61,803 bases of DNA from an uncultured Oscillospiraceae bacterium (GTDB lineage Bacteria > Bacillota > Clostridia > Oscillospirales > Acutalibacteraceae): positions 1-61,803 of the forward strand of contig CABTZO010000001.1 of NCBI GenBank assembly GCA_902489335.1, given 5' to 3'. Under the pieces are notes generated by a model. It did not search any database and was not told the DNA's origin. It worked only from the letters and a program-made list of their open reading frames with translations. Below are positions 16,439-27,109 of this stretch, piece after piece; position 1 is the stretch's first letter; the number at the start of each line of letters is the position of its first letter. Position numbers and translations under genes: made by a program.

Positions 16439-17295
16439 GAAAATTATTTAAACATGAATTTTATCAGATGACAAGAAAGCTCGGTCCCATATATTTGGGA
16501 ATTATTCTGTTTACAATTGCCGGAAGAGGTTTTACCTTTCTTTCCACAAGAAAAGTATTCGTTGAAAATGCAAATCATACCTTTGTTTCGGTAATAAACT
16601 TTCTATCCGGATTTTTTATCGCAGTTTTTCTGTTGATAATTTTAGGATTGCTCGCATACACAATAATAATTTTGATAACAAGATTTTATAAAAACTACTT
16701 TACCGACGAGGGATATTTGATGATGTCCTTACCAGCAAAGACATCTTCTCTTATAAACGCAAAACTTTTTAACGCGTTTATTTGGTCGATTTTCAGTATT
16801 TTACTTGTGATTTTAGGTGCAATTATACTATTTTCAAGCTTTGACGGACTAAAAAGCTCTGTTTCGGAGACTTTCCGAGTTTTTTCTAATCTTTACAACA
16901 ACAGCAGAGAAACTCTGGAAAAACAACTGGGTGTTCCTGTCTGGGCCGGGATTTTAGAGTTGATACTTTTAATATCTATTTCAACACTTAATTTCTTTCT
17001 AATCTGCTATTCATCAGTTGTGTCCGCTCAACATTCAAAGATCAAAAGCAAAGGTGTTGCAACCGTTTTGTATTATCTGATAATTACAACTGTGTTCTTC
17101 TTTATATTTATATTTCAAACAATTATTTTAAGTAATCTAAAATCATATCCCGAATTTTTAAATAAACTCGGAAGCGGCAACACACTTGCAATTCAGATGA
17201 CTTTGATCGGCATTATGATTGAAGAGTTTATTTTTTCGATAATACTGTACACAACAACATTGAAATCCATGAAGACTAAACTCAATCTTCCTTGA
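16432..17295 (+). CDS. ABC-2-type transporter permease-like membrane protein
   Basis: It overlaps the ATPase gene by 7 nt and has about 6 hydrophobic segments. Confidence 0.6.
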   Translation: MLGKLFKHEFYQMTRKLGPIYLGIILFTIAGRGFTFLSTRKVFVENANHTFVSVINFLSGFFIAVFLLIILGLLAYTIIILITRFYKNYFTDEGYLMMSLPAKTSSLINAKLFNAFIWSIFSILLVILGAIILFSSFDGLKSSVSETFRVFSNLYNNSRETLEKQLGVPVWAGILELILLISISTLNFFLICYSSVVSAQHSKIKSKGVATVLYYLIITTVFFFIFIFQTIILSNLKSYPEFLNKLGSGNTLAIQMTLIGIMIEEFIFSIILYTTTLKSMKTKLNLP

Positions 17296-20200
17296 TTTTA
17301 TATAGACTTGATACAATTTCTTCGGCAGTGGACAGAGGCCCCGAACTGTTTATCGTTACAATAACTTGTGGTCTTTTGCCCTTTCCGATTCTTAGACGAT
17401 CGTTAAAATCTTTATCAAGCATTTTTATTTCATCCATTTCAAAATTATCTTTATAGACAAATATTTCATTTCCCTGTTGACTTATTTCATTTATACCTAA
17501 ATCTGCGGCTTTGCGTCTTAGCAAAGCCGTTTTTATCAGTGTTATAACCGATGTTGGGGGGTTAGAGAATCTGTCTTCAAGTTCAGAAACCAGTTCTTTG
17601 GCATCCATCTCGGAATTCAAATCGGCTATTCTGCGATAAACATATAATCTCTGGTTTAAATTTTCGATATAATCTTCGGGTATGTGAGCATTTATTCTTA
17701 TATTTATCAAGCAGTCTTTATCATCATAAGTAAAATCGGTTTTTTCTCCCTTTTGCTTTTTTATGGCATTTGAAAGAAGTTTAACATACATCTCATATCC
17801 GACGGCATTCAATTGACCGCTCTGCGCCTTGCCTAAGAGATTCCCTGCTCCGCGCAATTCCAAATCTCTCATAGCAATTTTAAAGCCGGATCCAAAAGCT
17901 GTATATTCTCTTATCGTTCTAAGTCTTTTCTCTGCAATTTCCGAAAGTTGTTTGCCTCTTGTAAAAGTAAAATACGCATAGCCTTTCAATGTGCTTCTGC
18001 CAATTCTGCCCCTTATTTGATGAAGCTGTGCAAGGCCCATTCTGTCAGCATTTTCAATTATCAAAGTATTTACATTTGGAACATCCACACCGGTTTCAAT
18101 TATTGTAGTGCATACTAAAACATCGGTTTGATGATTGAGCAATTTCTTCCAAACCTTCGTCAACTGTTCTTCATTCATTCGACCGTGTGCAATATCGATT
18201 CTTGCACGATCGCCGGTCATTTCTTCAACTTTCCGTGCCGTTTGCTCAATTGTATCAATGTCATTATGCAAGTAATACACTTGCCCATGTCGTCTTAGTT
18301 CTTTGTCAATGGCAGCCGCAATTATTCTTTTGTCGTATTCCAAAACATAGGTTTGAATCGGTTGCCTGTCTGCGGGTGCCTGTTTGAGTGCCGATAAATC
18401 TCTTAGTCCGGACACCGCCATATTCAATGTTCTCGGTATTGGTGTTGCCGACAAAGTAAGCACATCAACATTGGGATATTTATTTTTTAACTTTTCTTTT
18501 TGAGTTACACCAAATCTTTGTTCTTCATCGACAATTAAGAGTCCGAGATCCTTAAATTTTATGTCTTTTGATAAAAGTCGGTGCGTTCCGACAATCATAT
18601 CAATGTTGCCTGCGGACAAATCTTTTAAAATAGTCTTCTGTTCTTTTGCCGTTCTGAAGCGCGAAATCATATCGACTGCAACGGGAAAGTCAGCAAACCG
18701 CCTTGTAACAGTCAGATAATGTTGATAGGCAAGAATCGTTGTAGGCACAACAAACGCAACCTGTTTACCCTCAACTATCGCCTTAAAAGCCGCTCTAAGC
18801 GCAACTTCGGTTTTTCCGAAACCTACATCACCGCAAAGCAGTCGATCCATAGGATAAGATTTTTCCATATCCTCTTTTATTTCTCCGACTGCCTTTAGTT
18901 GATCATCCGTTTCTTCGTATTCAAATCGACTTTCAAAATCATTTTGCAAGTCAGTATCGGGCATATAAGCATAGCCTTTGATTTTCATTCTCTTAGAGTA
19001 TAGAGCAATCAATTCTTTTGCTATATCATCGGTCTGTGCTTTGATTTTTTGCTTTGTGTTTTGCCATTGTTTTGATCCGAGCTTGTTTAATTTTGGCGCA
19101 ACACCGTCTTTTGAACTTCCTATATATTTTGACAATAAATCAAGTTGATTGACAGGCATAAAAAGTTCATCACTTTTGTCATATTTAATTTTTATGTAGT
19201 CCTTTGTAACGCCCGTTATAGTAAGTGTCTCGACACCGTCAAAAATTCCTATTCCATAATTTGAATGGACTACATAGTCACCTTTTTGCAAATCAGAAAG
19301 CGAATGAAAAGCATTTTTATTTTTGTTCTTTTTTATTCTTCGCTTTTCACTTTTTCGTATATTTGAACTGATAATTTTGAGTCCTGATTGAGGGAGACTC
19401 ATAGATTCAGATAAATTACCCTCTAAAATATTAATTGAATATAAATTAAGAGGTTCCGATAAACTATTAAGTAAATTTGCATTGATTTCTTCTTCAACCA
19501 ATGCTTTATAAACATTTTTAGCTGCTTTCGCCGTTCCGGCGTAAAGAATATAGGTATAATCCTTGTCCTGTGTTTCTTCGTGTAAGTCTTTTATTGAACC
19601 CTGCCAGTTGCTTTGAAACATTGAAGAAGTATTAAACTTATGCTTGATTTCAAGCGGAATATTACCGCGTAAAAATGTATCCGCAAGAATTACATTTCTT
19701 TTATAAATGTCGTTAAACAAAGCATCTGTATGTGTTATGAATTCAGAGTTTTTCTTAGTTATAAGTTTAGACTCAAGCGCAAACTTGATATCTTCAAAAA
19801 AAATCTTAGCCTCTGCCTTTGTGTTTTTGTATGCGTTATATCCGTCACAGAGAAAAATCGTTGCCTTATCAAAATAATCAAGAAGTCCCGTCATTTCATA
19901 ATATTTTGGCATATATTTATCGGGATTTTCTTTTTGATTGATCTCTTCGTCTTCAAAAATATATTCTTTAGCCGGAACAATTTCTATTTTGTCGGTTTCT
20001 CCAAACCGCCTCTGCGAGTCAACATCAAAAAAATAGATTTTTTCTATTTCATCGTCAAAAAAATCTATTCTGAAAGGATGCTTTTGACCGGGAACAAAAA
20101 GATCAAAAATTTCTCCTCGATTTGAAAAGGTTCCGACGCCTTCAACTTCATCACTCATTACATAACCTGAAAATAAAAGCTTCTCTTTGAGATTGCTTAT

Positions 20201-20638
20201 TGAAAGCGTATCCCCCACAGAGATTTTCATTTTTGCTTTTGAAAATACCTGTTTCGGAATTGTCCTCTGACTCATAGCATAAGCAGATGTAACTATTACA
20301 CCGTTTTCTTTCTTAAAGGCAAAGTTTAGAGCGGCTATCCTTAAATGCTCATATTCTCGTGAAACAGTTCTGTCTTCATCAAAAGAAATATCGCGAGAAG
20401 GATAATAAAAAGCAGAAACACCTAAATTTATCAAGTCATTATATAAATTTACGCACGACGAATCGTCCGGTAAAACACAAATTAGGTCTTTTCCGGATTT
20501 TTCTGTTAACAACTTGAGTATTACCGACTTATATAGATCACTCGGTCCGATTAAAGAAATCGGAAACTCGTTTGAATTATATGATTGTATAAATTGCTCA
20601 AGTTCCTGATTTTTAAGAAGTAAGTCTGTAAATTTCAT
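17282..20638 (-). CDS. mfd: Transcription-repair coupling factor
   Basis: 1118 aa. Carries the CarD-like/RID region (GDYVVHSNYGIG), superfamily-2 helicase motifs (GDVGFGKTEVA, DEEQRFG, SATPIPRT, QLHQIRGRIGRS) and a TRG motif. Confidence 0.95.
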   Translation of the reverse strand: MKFTDLLLKNQELEQFIQSYNSNEFPISLIGPSDLYKSVILKLLTEKSGKDLICVLPDDSSCVNLYNDLINLGVSAFYYPSRDISFDEDRTVSREYEHLRIAALNFAFKKENGVIVTSAYAMSQRTIPKQVFSKAKMKISVGDTLSISNLKEKLLFSGYVMSDEVEGVGTFSNRGEIFDLFVPGQKHPFRIDFFDDEIEKIYFFDVDSQRRFGETDKIEIVPAKEYIFEDEEINQKENPDKYMPKYYEMTGLLDYFDKATIFLCDGYNAYKNTKAEAKIFFEDIKFALESKLITKKNSEFITHTDALFNDIYKRNVILADTFLRGNIPLEIKHKFNTSSMFQSNWQGSIKDLHEETQDKDYTYILYAGTAKAAKNVYKALVEEEINANLLNSLSEPLNLYSINILEGNLSESMSLPQSGLKIISSNIRKSEKRRIKKNKNKNAFHSLSDLQKGDYVVHSNYGIGIFDGVETLTITGVTKDYIKIKYDKSDELFMPVNQLDLLSKYIGSSKDGVAPKLNKLGSKQWQNTKQKIKAQTDDIAKELIALYSKRMKIKGYAYMPDTDLQNDFESRFEYEETDDQLKAVGEIKEDMEKSYPMDRLLCGDVGFGKTEVALRAAFKAIVEGKQVAFVVPTTILAYQHYLTVTRRFADFPVAVDMISRFRTAKEQKTILKDLSAGNIDMIVGTHRLLSKDIKFKDLGLLIVDEEQRFGVTQKEKLKNKYPNVDVLTLSATPIPRTLNMAVSGLRDLSALKQAPADRQPIQTYVLEYDKRIIAAAIDKELRRHGQVYYLHNDIDTIEQTARKVEEMTGDRARIDIAHGRMNEEQLTKVWKKLLNHQTDVLVCTTIIETGVDVPNVNTLIIENADRMGLAQLHQIRGRIGRSTLKGYAYFTFTRGKQLSEIAEKRLRTIREYTAFGSGFKIAMRDLELRGAGNLLGKAQSGQLNAVGYEMYVKLLSNAIKKQKGEKTDFTYDDKDCLINIRINAHIPEDYIENLNQRLYVYRRIADLNSEMDAKELVSELEDRFSNPPTSVITLIKTALLRRKAADLGINEISQQGNEIFVYKDNFEMDEIKMLDKDFNDRLRIGKGKRPQVIVTINSSGPLSTAEEIVSSLYKIKED

Positions 20639-20640
20639 GG

Positions 20641-21207
20641 CTATGAATTAAATCTGTTCATCGCCTCCTCGATTTTTCCGTCGACAATCAATTCGACAGA
20701 GGTATTGATTTCATCTGAAATACCGTCTATCTTATTTTTTTCTTCATTTGAAAACTTTGATAAAACGAAATCCGCTAAATCAAAATCCTTGTTTTCTCTG
20801 TCTCCCACACCGATTTTTATGCGTTTAAAATTATCTGACTTGATATTTTCTATTATGCTCTTCAAACCATTGTGTCCGCCGGCAGACCCCTGCCTGCGAA
20901 TTCTTATTTGACCGGGATCCAAATTTATATCATCACAAAGGACAATAAGATTTGATATCGGAATTTCATAATAATCGAGAACTGCTTTTACAGCTCTGCC
21001 GCTGTCATTCATATAGGTTTGAGGTTTTATCAAAATACAGCGTTCACCCGATATATCAAATTTACAATATTCACAGAAAAGAAAAGTTCCCCTTCTAAAA
21101 GAGAGGTCCTTTTCCGCTGTTATTTTATCGGCCATCATAAAGCCGACATTATGTCTTGTGCTTTTATATTCATCTCCGGGATTTCCCAAAGCTGCAATCA
21201 AAAACAA
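20641..21207 (-). CDS. pth: Peptidyl-tRNA hydrolase
   Basis: Motifs LGNPGDEYKSTRHNVGF and GGHNGLKS are present. Confidence 0.95.
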   Translation of the reverse strand: MFLIAALGNPGDEYKSTRHNVGFMMADKITAEKDLSFRRGTFLFCEYCKFDISGERCILIKPQTYMNDSGRAVKAVLDYYEIPISNLIVLCDDINLDPGQIRIRRQGSAGGHNGLKSIIENIKSDNFKRIKIGVGDRENKDFDLADFVLSKFSNEEKNKIDGISDEINTSVELIVDGKIEEAMNRFNS

Positions 21208-21211
21208 AATA

Positions 21212-22600
21212 TCACCTATCCAAATTTTTGAGTTTTCTTGTTTTCAAAACCCAATCATTTTTGTTTTCCTGTCTGTTTCTTGCAATAGCAAGTGAATAGT
21301 CGGGAACATCTTTTGTAATTGTCGAGCCCGCTGCCGTATATGCAAAATGACCTACCTTTATCGGTGACACCAAGTTTGTGTTACAACCGATGAAAGCATT
21401 GTCGCCTATGCTGCTTCTTGTCTTGTTTGTTCCGTCATAGTTAACAACCAAACTTCCGCAACCGAAGTTACACTCTTTTCCGACTTCACAGTCGCCGATA
21501 TAATTAAAGTGTGGCAACTTAGTTCCTTCACCGACAGAGCTGTTTTTAACTTCAACGAAGTTTCCGATATGGACTTTTTCGCCTATTACACTGTCCGGTC
21601 TTATTCTTACAAAAGGTCCGATATCTGCGCCGGATTTAACTTCGCAATCATAAGCATAAGAACTGTTGAAAATAATATTATCATGGAGAAAGGCATTTTC
21701 CATGTAGCTGTTCGGACCGATAACACAATCTTTTCCTATCTTTGTTTTACCTTTTAATATAGTTCCCGGCAAAATAGTTGTACCCGGTTCAATTTCGACT
21801 CCGTCTTCAATCATAATACCGTCTATACACGGAATATCTACTCCGTCTATCATAAGTTTTTTCAAGACTTCCAGTCTTTTCTTTTCGTTTAATTCAAAAA
21901 GTTGAAACTTATCGTTTGCTCCTAAAACTGTATTTGGATTATTTGTCATATAAACTCCTATTTTCTTTCCTTTATTTTTTAAAATTTCCGTTGTATCTGT
22001 AAGATAGTACTCATTAGCCGCATTGTTGTTTTGAATATTATCAAGTGCAAATAGCAAGTCGGATTTGTTAAACACATAAACACCCGAGTTGACTTCTTTT
22101 ATTTTTTGCTGACTCTCGGTTGCATCTTTTTGCTCGGTAATTTTTTCAAAATTACCATCTTTATCACGAATCACTCGACCGTATCCAAATGGATTTTCAA
22201 TCTCCGCGGAAAGTAACGTTGATGCATTTTCTTCAGTCTGATGTTTATTAATCAATTCTTTTATCGACTTTGAGTCAACAAACGGAGCATCTCCGTTCAA
22301 GATGATTACATTTTCTGTGTCATCTGATAAAAGTTCATCTCTTGCCTGCATTACAGCATGACCTGTGCCGTTTTGTTCTTTTTGATAAACACAGGTGTAT
22401 TTGTCTTTATATATTTCCTCTAATTCTTCACCCTTGAAGCCGACAATTAAAATAATATCTTCTATTCCGGCATCGTGCACAGAATCAATAACCCTTTGAA
22501 TCATCGGCTTAAAGAGAAGATTAGATAATACTTTCGGATGGCGAGAATGCATTCTTTTTCCCTCACCCGCCGCCAAAATCACTGCTTTTGTTTTTTTCAT
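21212..22600 (-). CDS. glmU: Bifunctional UDP-N-acetylglucosamine pyrophosphorylase / GlcN-1-P acetyltransferase
   Basis: N-terminal ILAAGEGKRM nucleotidyltransferase motif and C-terminal left-handed beta-helix hexapeptide repeats. Confidence 0.93.
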   Translation of the reverse strand: MKKTKAVILAAGEGKRMHSRHPKVLSNLLFKPMIQRVIDSVHDAGIEDIILIVGFKGEELEEIYKDKYTCVYQKEQNGTGHAVMQARDELLSDDTENVIILNGDAPFVDSKSIKELINKHQTEENASTLLSAEIENPFGYGRVIRDKDGNFEKITEQKDATESQQKIKEVNSGVYVFNKSDLLFALDNIQNNNAANEYYLTDTTEILKNKGKKIGVYMTNNPNTVLGANDKFQLFELNEKKRLEVLKKLMIDGVDIPCIDGIMIEDGVEIEPGTTILPGTILKGKTKIGKDCVIGPNSYMENAFLHDNIIFNSSYAYDCEVKSGADIGPFVRIRPDSVIGEKVHIGNFVEVKNSSVGEGTKLPHFNYIGDCEVGKECNFGCGSLVVNYDGTNKTRSSIGDNAFIGCNTNLVSPIKVGHFAYTAAGSTITKDVPDYSLAIARNRQENKNDWVLKTRKLKNLDR

Positions 22601-22611
22601 ATATTTTCCCT

Positions 22612-23514
22612 CTAAAACAAGCTTTTCAACTGCTCAATTAAATAAATATGCACGGGAAGAACACTTGTCATGTACATTAAAATAATCCCGATTATCATTG
22701 AAATAAATGATACTCCGCCAAAATAAACTGTAAATTTTTCAAGCTTATCTTTGTCTTTTGAATATTTATTTTTCAAGTATTTGAGCTTTTTTTGAATTGA
22801 CCATTTATAAATATAATTCCCAAAAAAGGCGAGAATTATAGTAGTAATATTGATAAAGCGATTTGAATACTTCATGCCTTTAGAAGGCTCTGGCATTTTT
22901 GCAAGCATTTTTTTATACTCACCGGCGTAATTGCTCGCGGTTATCTCTTTTGCATCAACTTTGTCCTTGAATTCCTTGATAACAGAAAGGCTATTTTTAT
23001 AAACTTTTACATTATCGCTGTGTGTAAAAGAAAGAATTATTGCCGGTATTATGACAAGAAGTAGACCCAGTAAATACATTTTTCTGTAAAAAAGCCAAAG
23101 TCTCGGAAAAAACAAAGGTGCTAAGTTGACACTTAACTTCTTATTTGATTTTTCCATTTTCATAAATTCGGGAATATATTTTTCTGTCTTTTTTTGAACG
23201 AAAGAGCCATATTCCTTTGCAGTAAGATCGCCAATCTTGTCCTCTCCCGTTATCTCAACAATATCAGCTTTTTTTAGCAGAAAATCTTTCATTTTTTCGG
23301 GATCGTTTTCAAGATTTTCAATTGTCGGTTGTGGTTTTTCTACATGAGTCGGTTTCCACTCAAAATTTCCGTGTTTGTTTTCATTGACACAATGGCCTTC
23401 TTTTTCATAACAGGACCTGTGATGAGGCGTACCACAAATCGGACAAACAACAACATCGTCGCCGTCCACAAATTTTTTACCGCAGGTTTCACAAACTTCT
23501 GATATATATCTCAC
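22612..23514 (-). CDS. Membrane protein with N-terminal Cys/His zinc-ribbon/RING-like module
   Basis: CETCG...CPICGTPHHRSCY...GHC is followed by several TM segments. Confidence 0.55.
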   Translation of the reverse strand: MRYISEVCETCGKKFVDGDDVVVCPICGTPHHRSCYEKEGHCVNENKHGNFEWKPTHVEKPQPTIENLENDPEKMKDFLLKKADIVEITGEDKIGDLTAKEYGSFVQKKTEKYIPEFMKMEKSNKKLSVNLAPLFFPRLWLFYRKMYLLGLLLVIIPAIILSFTHSDNVKVYKNSLSVIKEFKDKVDAKEITASNYAGEYKKMLAKMPEPSKGMKYSNRFINITTIILAFFGNYIYKWSIQKKLKYLKNKYSKDKDKLEKFTVYFGGVSFISMIIGIILMYMTSVLPVHIYLIEQLKSLF

Positions 23515-23523
23515 TTTTTCTCC

Positions 23524-26283
23524 TTATTTTTTCATAGTCTTAAACATTGTCATTAACATGGATACTCCCGTCCATAAAAATTGGAACAATAGTATTTCCA
23601 AGCTGACGATCATCGGGCTGGATTGCAGCACCGACAGAACAACAAATAAAATACAAGCAATGGCAAAATAAACCAAGGTTATCTGTTTCGATAATGCGTC
23701 TATATCATGTAACATCACGGCATTATAAAATGTTGAAGCGAAATTTTCAAGCGTTCCGTTGTGAACAATTCCACTGTCACAATCATCTTTTTCCGTTTCT
23801 CTGTGTTTATTAAAAATTTCTCCCGAAACTGAATTTAAAACTTTTATGGACGAGGACTGCAAACGAAATTTTTGACAAATAAGTTGTTCATTAATATTAA
23901 AGTCACAAGAACTAACTAAAATTGGCACTCCGGTTTGTTCAATTTTATGAAGTTGTTTTTCTACATCGGGAGATTTTGAATAAGTGACAACAAACATTGC
24001 TGCAACTTTACCGGCTATTGCAAGATATATTATCTTTCTTCCTTTTTGCAAATACATTTTTTCATTGATGTTTGAAGGTATTTCAACAGAATGATTTTTC
24101 AGAAGTTCAGGACTTCCAAAAAGAACTCTTCTTCTATGAATCCACGCTGACAAACCGAGTCTGTCTTCATACGCAAGACCTTCAACCGGCGGAAGCAGTT
24201 CATGTTTTCCTAAAATGACGCTGTCAAAAACACCTTTAAGCGGTCCGTTAGATTTTATTACCATCGCCGCAGCATATAAAATTGCATCGTCAATACGCAT
24301 ATTGTTGAAAAGTTTTATACCGACAATACTACAACTTTCAGCTCTAAATAAATCATTGGCGTCAAGGCAAACTGCATTTGCGGTTATTGCTTTTTCGATA
24401 CTCGAATGTCCTGCTATCATGGCGCCGTTATGATTTAATTTTTTATTTTCGATGAAAAGTGGCAGACAGAACAGAAGTGCTGAGAATGCAGGAACGGAAA
24501 TCACAAGAAAAGCATTTAAAGCAATAAGTCCTGAAAGCGCAGATTTGAAAACAACAGAAGTTGCCACAAAATCTATCAAAGATAAACCTGCAATTATCGG
24601 CACTAATTTTTTTGTAATGTTGTCAAGAGGATTCAATCCATAAGAATTTTTTAAGAAGGAAGACAAATTTTTTATTTTTGAAGAATAGTAGATTGCCGGT
24701 TCACCTATTAAAAGTCCTCTGCCCAATTCAAAAGCATCATCGGGATTGCGAAGAACTGTGCTTGCATATAGTCCTAAACCACTGTTTAGGAATTTAAAAT
24801 TACCATACACTCGTTTATCAACAAAATAATTTGCAAAATTCATAACCAAAAACATAAATATGTTTTCACTTGCATAAATAGGATAAGCAGTTATTGCATT
24901 TTCATAATTAAAACATAAGACTGCGATTTGAACCAAGTTAAGTATAGTTAAAAAGTTGATCAAGGTTGCAAGATTCGGGCGTTTCGACACGAGTCCCATT
25001 ATCCCGGCACTGACAACTTTATAGCTTAGAACAGCAGACATAAGCAATAGGGTCAAGTTTACAATTAAATGGATTAATACATTTTCAAGTGTAAAAGAAA
25101 CAATTGAAGTTGATGCAACAGAAAAAACAAAGAAAAAAGCGGTGAAAATTACTGCAATTTTATCTCCTACCATATGTTTTTTTAATATGGCTTCGGTGTC
25201 ATCATTGTCTGAAGACAGATTTATCGTCTGTTCTTCTTCCCGATCTGTATCTTCCTCTTTGCCTATTTCGGCATCAAGTTTAAACTTTTTGATTTTTTCA
25301 AGTCTTTTTTCTTTTAGGTAAAGTTCTTCCTTTTCTTCATCAAGGTGTTCTATTTTTTCTTCATTGTCAAAGCCCTCTATCTTCATCTGTCCTTCGACAT
25401 GAGGCTCAGCCTGCACTTGAATATTCGACGTGGCTTGATCCGCGGCAATAATTGTCGGCAAAGGCTCCAAATCTGCAGTATTGGTAAACTTACTCTTTTT
25501 AATTATTATTCCGGGTCTTTCATATACTTCACCGGATTTTTCAAGATTTTGTCTTTCAAACTCTTCAGTATTAAGTAAATTTTGCTTTGGAACATTCATG
25601 AAACGTTCCCTATAGTTCTTATTTTCCACATCATAATCCCGATTAACTTCTTCATCGAGAATTTGATGATCTATATTCTCATTTTTTATTACCGGCAATC
25701 CTACGGTTTTCGACGCAAAAGAAACCATAACCGAAGGCTCGTCTTCAGAAATTTCAGTTTTGCCGCTCTCTTCTACAAAATCCTCATTTATTTCTGCCCT
25801 TGATTCTATAAAATCTGAATTCTTAGAGTTTTTGTTGAAAAAAAGTTTTATTTTCTTTGCAAAAGATATTTTTGGTTCTTCCTGAACTTCAAAATCCGGA
25901 ATCTGTTGAACGGTGTCTATGAACTCTTCTTCGGACTCCAAATCTTGCATTTCGTTTAATTTTTTGTCGATCAGTTTCTCGTAATCGGGTTTTGTATCTT
26001 CTGTTTTCTCTTCCACTAAATAATTTTCGGCATTTTCATCTTTAGAGCCGTCATCGTCAACATCGAATTTTTCAAGTTTCGAATCGATGTCGCTTTGACT
26101 ATACAAATTTTCATCTGTTTCCGGTTCTGATTGATTATTTAGAATGACATTATTGTTTTCTGCATCGTCAGAAAGCAATTTATCAATCTCTTCAAGAGAC
26201 CAATTTTTACTTGGTTTTTCATTCTCTATATCGGGAAAATTTTCGTTCATAAATTCTTTCATATTGCTATCTCTGTCAATCAT
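23524..26283 (-). CDS. Large membrane protein: ~400 aa acidic low-complexity N-terminus, polytopic TM region and a degenerate P-type-ATPase-like cytoplasmic domain
   Basis: Start moved to MIDRD (ATG 26283, RBS GAGGG, 8-nt overlap with rlmB). By-eye alignment to P1B ATPases: GAMIAGHSSIEKAITANAVCLDANDLF versus G.LIKGG..LE.A..I..VVFDKTGTLT; LVSSCDFN versus MLTGDN; VHNGTLEN versus GDGINDAP. Confidence 0.6.
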   Translation of the reverse strand: MIDRDSNMKEFMNENFPDIENEKPSKNWSLEEIDKLLSDDAENNNVILNNQSEPETDENLYSQSDIDSKLEKFDVDDDGSKDENAENYLVEEKTEDTKPDYEKLIDKKLNEMQDLESEEEFIDTVQQIPDFEVQEEPKISFAKKIKLFFNKNSKNSDFIESRAEINEDFVEESGKTEISEDEPSVMVSFASKTVGLPVIKNENIDHQILDEEVNRDYDVENKNYRERFMNVPKQNLLNTEEFERQNLEKSGEVYERPGIIIKKSKFTNTADLEPLPTIIAADQATSNIQVQAEPHVEGQMKIEGFDNEEKIEHLDEEKEELYLKEKRLEKIKKFKLDAEIGKEEDTDREEEQTINLSSDNDDTEAILKKHMVGDKIAVIFTAFFFVFSVASTSIVSFTLENVLIHLIVNLTLLLMSAVLSYKVVSAGIMGLVSKRPNLATLINFLTILNLVQIAVLCFNYENAITAYPIYASENIFMFLVMNFANYFVDKRVYGNFKFLNSGLGLYASTVLRNPDDAFELGRGLLIGEPAIYYSSKIKNLSSFLKNSYGLNPLDNITKKLVPIIAGLSLIDFVATSVVFKSALSGLIALNAFLVISVPAFSALLFCLPLFIENKKLNHNGAMIAGHSSIEKAITANAVCLDANDLFRAESCSIVGIKLFNNMRIDDAILYAAAMVIKSNGPLKGVFDSVILGKHELLPPVEGLAYEDRLGLSAWIHRRRVLFGSPELLKNHSVEIPSNINEKMYLQKGRKIIYLAIAGKVAAMFVVTYSKSPDVEKQLHKIEQTGVPILVSSCDFNINEQLICQKFRLQSSSIKVLNSVSGEIFNKHRETEKDDCDSGIVHNGTLENFASTFYNAVMLHDIDALSKQITLVYFAIACILFVVLSVLQSSPMIVSLEILLFQFLWTGVSMLMTMFKTMKK

Positions 26284-27022
26284 TTTTTCCCTCTTTTCTT
26301 TGAATCGCAACTTCATTGAGTATGATTCCGGCAGCAACAGATGCATTTAGTGAATCTATTTTTCCATAAAGCGGTATTGAGATTAAAAAATCACAATTTT
26401 CTTTCATCTTTTGAGATATTCCCTTGCCTTCCGAACCTATAACTACGGCAATATTTCCGGTCATATCAGTCTTTTTTAAATTTTCTCCGTGCATATCTGC
26501 TCCATAAATCCAAAGGCCTTCCTTTTTTAATTTTGAAACAGTATTCAAAAGATTAGTAACTCTTGCAATTTTTATATATTCGACTGCGCCGGCTGAAGCT
26601 TTGGAAACCGTAAAGTTAACGCTTGCACTTCGGCGTTCCGGAATTATTACTCCGTCAGCGCCCATGCATTCCGCACTTCTTATAATCGCACCTAAATTAT
26701 GCGGATCAGAAATTCCGTCACAAATAACAATAAATTTATTTTCGTTTTTTGATGAATTTAATATATCGTCTACTGAAAAATATTCATATGAGGACGCTTT
26801 GGCGACAATCCCCTGATGATTTCCTTGAGCACACATAAAATCCAACTTTTTAGAATCTACGGTTTTTATCAATGCTCCGCTTTTTTTTGCTTTGAATATC
26901 AAGCTTTTAATAATTTCAGAATTATTATCTCGGTCAACGTAAACCGTGTCAATCTGACGTTTTGCTCTCAACGCTTCATTTACGGCGTTTTTTCCGATAA
27001 TTAATTCATCTGCCTGTATCAT
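26276..27022 (-). CDS. rlmB: TrmH-family 23S rRNA (Gm2251) 2'-O-methyltransferase
   Basis: SpoU/TrmH motifs are present (DGISDPHNLGAIIRSAE, VIGSEGKGIS, IPLYGKIDSLNASVAAGI). Confidence 0.85.
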   Translation of the reverse strand: MIQADELIIGKNAVNEALRAKRQIDTVYVDRDNNSEIIKSLIFKAKKSGALIKTVDSKKLDFMCAQGNHQGIVAKASSYEYFSVDDILNSSKNENKFIVICDGISDPHNLGAIIRSAECMGADGVIIPERRSASVNFTVSKASAGAVEYIKIARVTNLLNTVSKLKKEGLWIYGADMHGENLKKTDMTGNIAVVIGSEGKGISQKMKENCDFLISIPLYGKIDSLNASVAAGIILNEVAIQRKEGKND

Positions 27023-27109
27023 AGTTCACCTTATTTAAATTCAACAAATTTTATCAATAAATTTTAACATAGAACACAATTATTTACAATTTACCACAAA
27101 TCTTATATT

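Noticed and set aside
17282-17295. 14-bp convergent overlap of the ABC permease and mfd 3' ends.
   Set aside because: This is a real but unremarkable feature of a compact genome. No hairpin or regulatory signal is associated with it.
25200-26283. Possible tandem DNA repeat or contingency locus in the acidic N-terminal coding region of the pseudo-ATPase.
   Set aside because: The bias is compositional (GAA/GAT/AAA-rich codons). I could not find a repeating DNA unit or a homopolymeric tract long enough for slippage.
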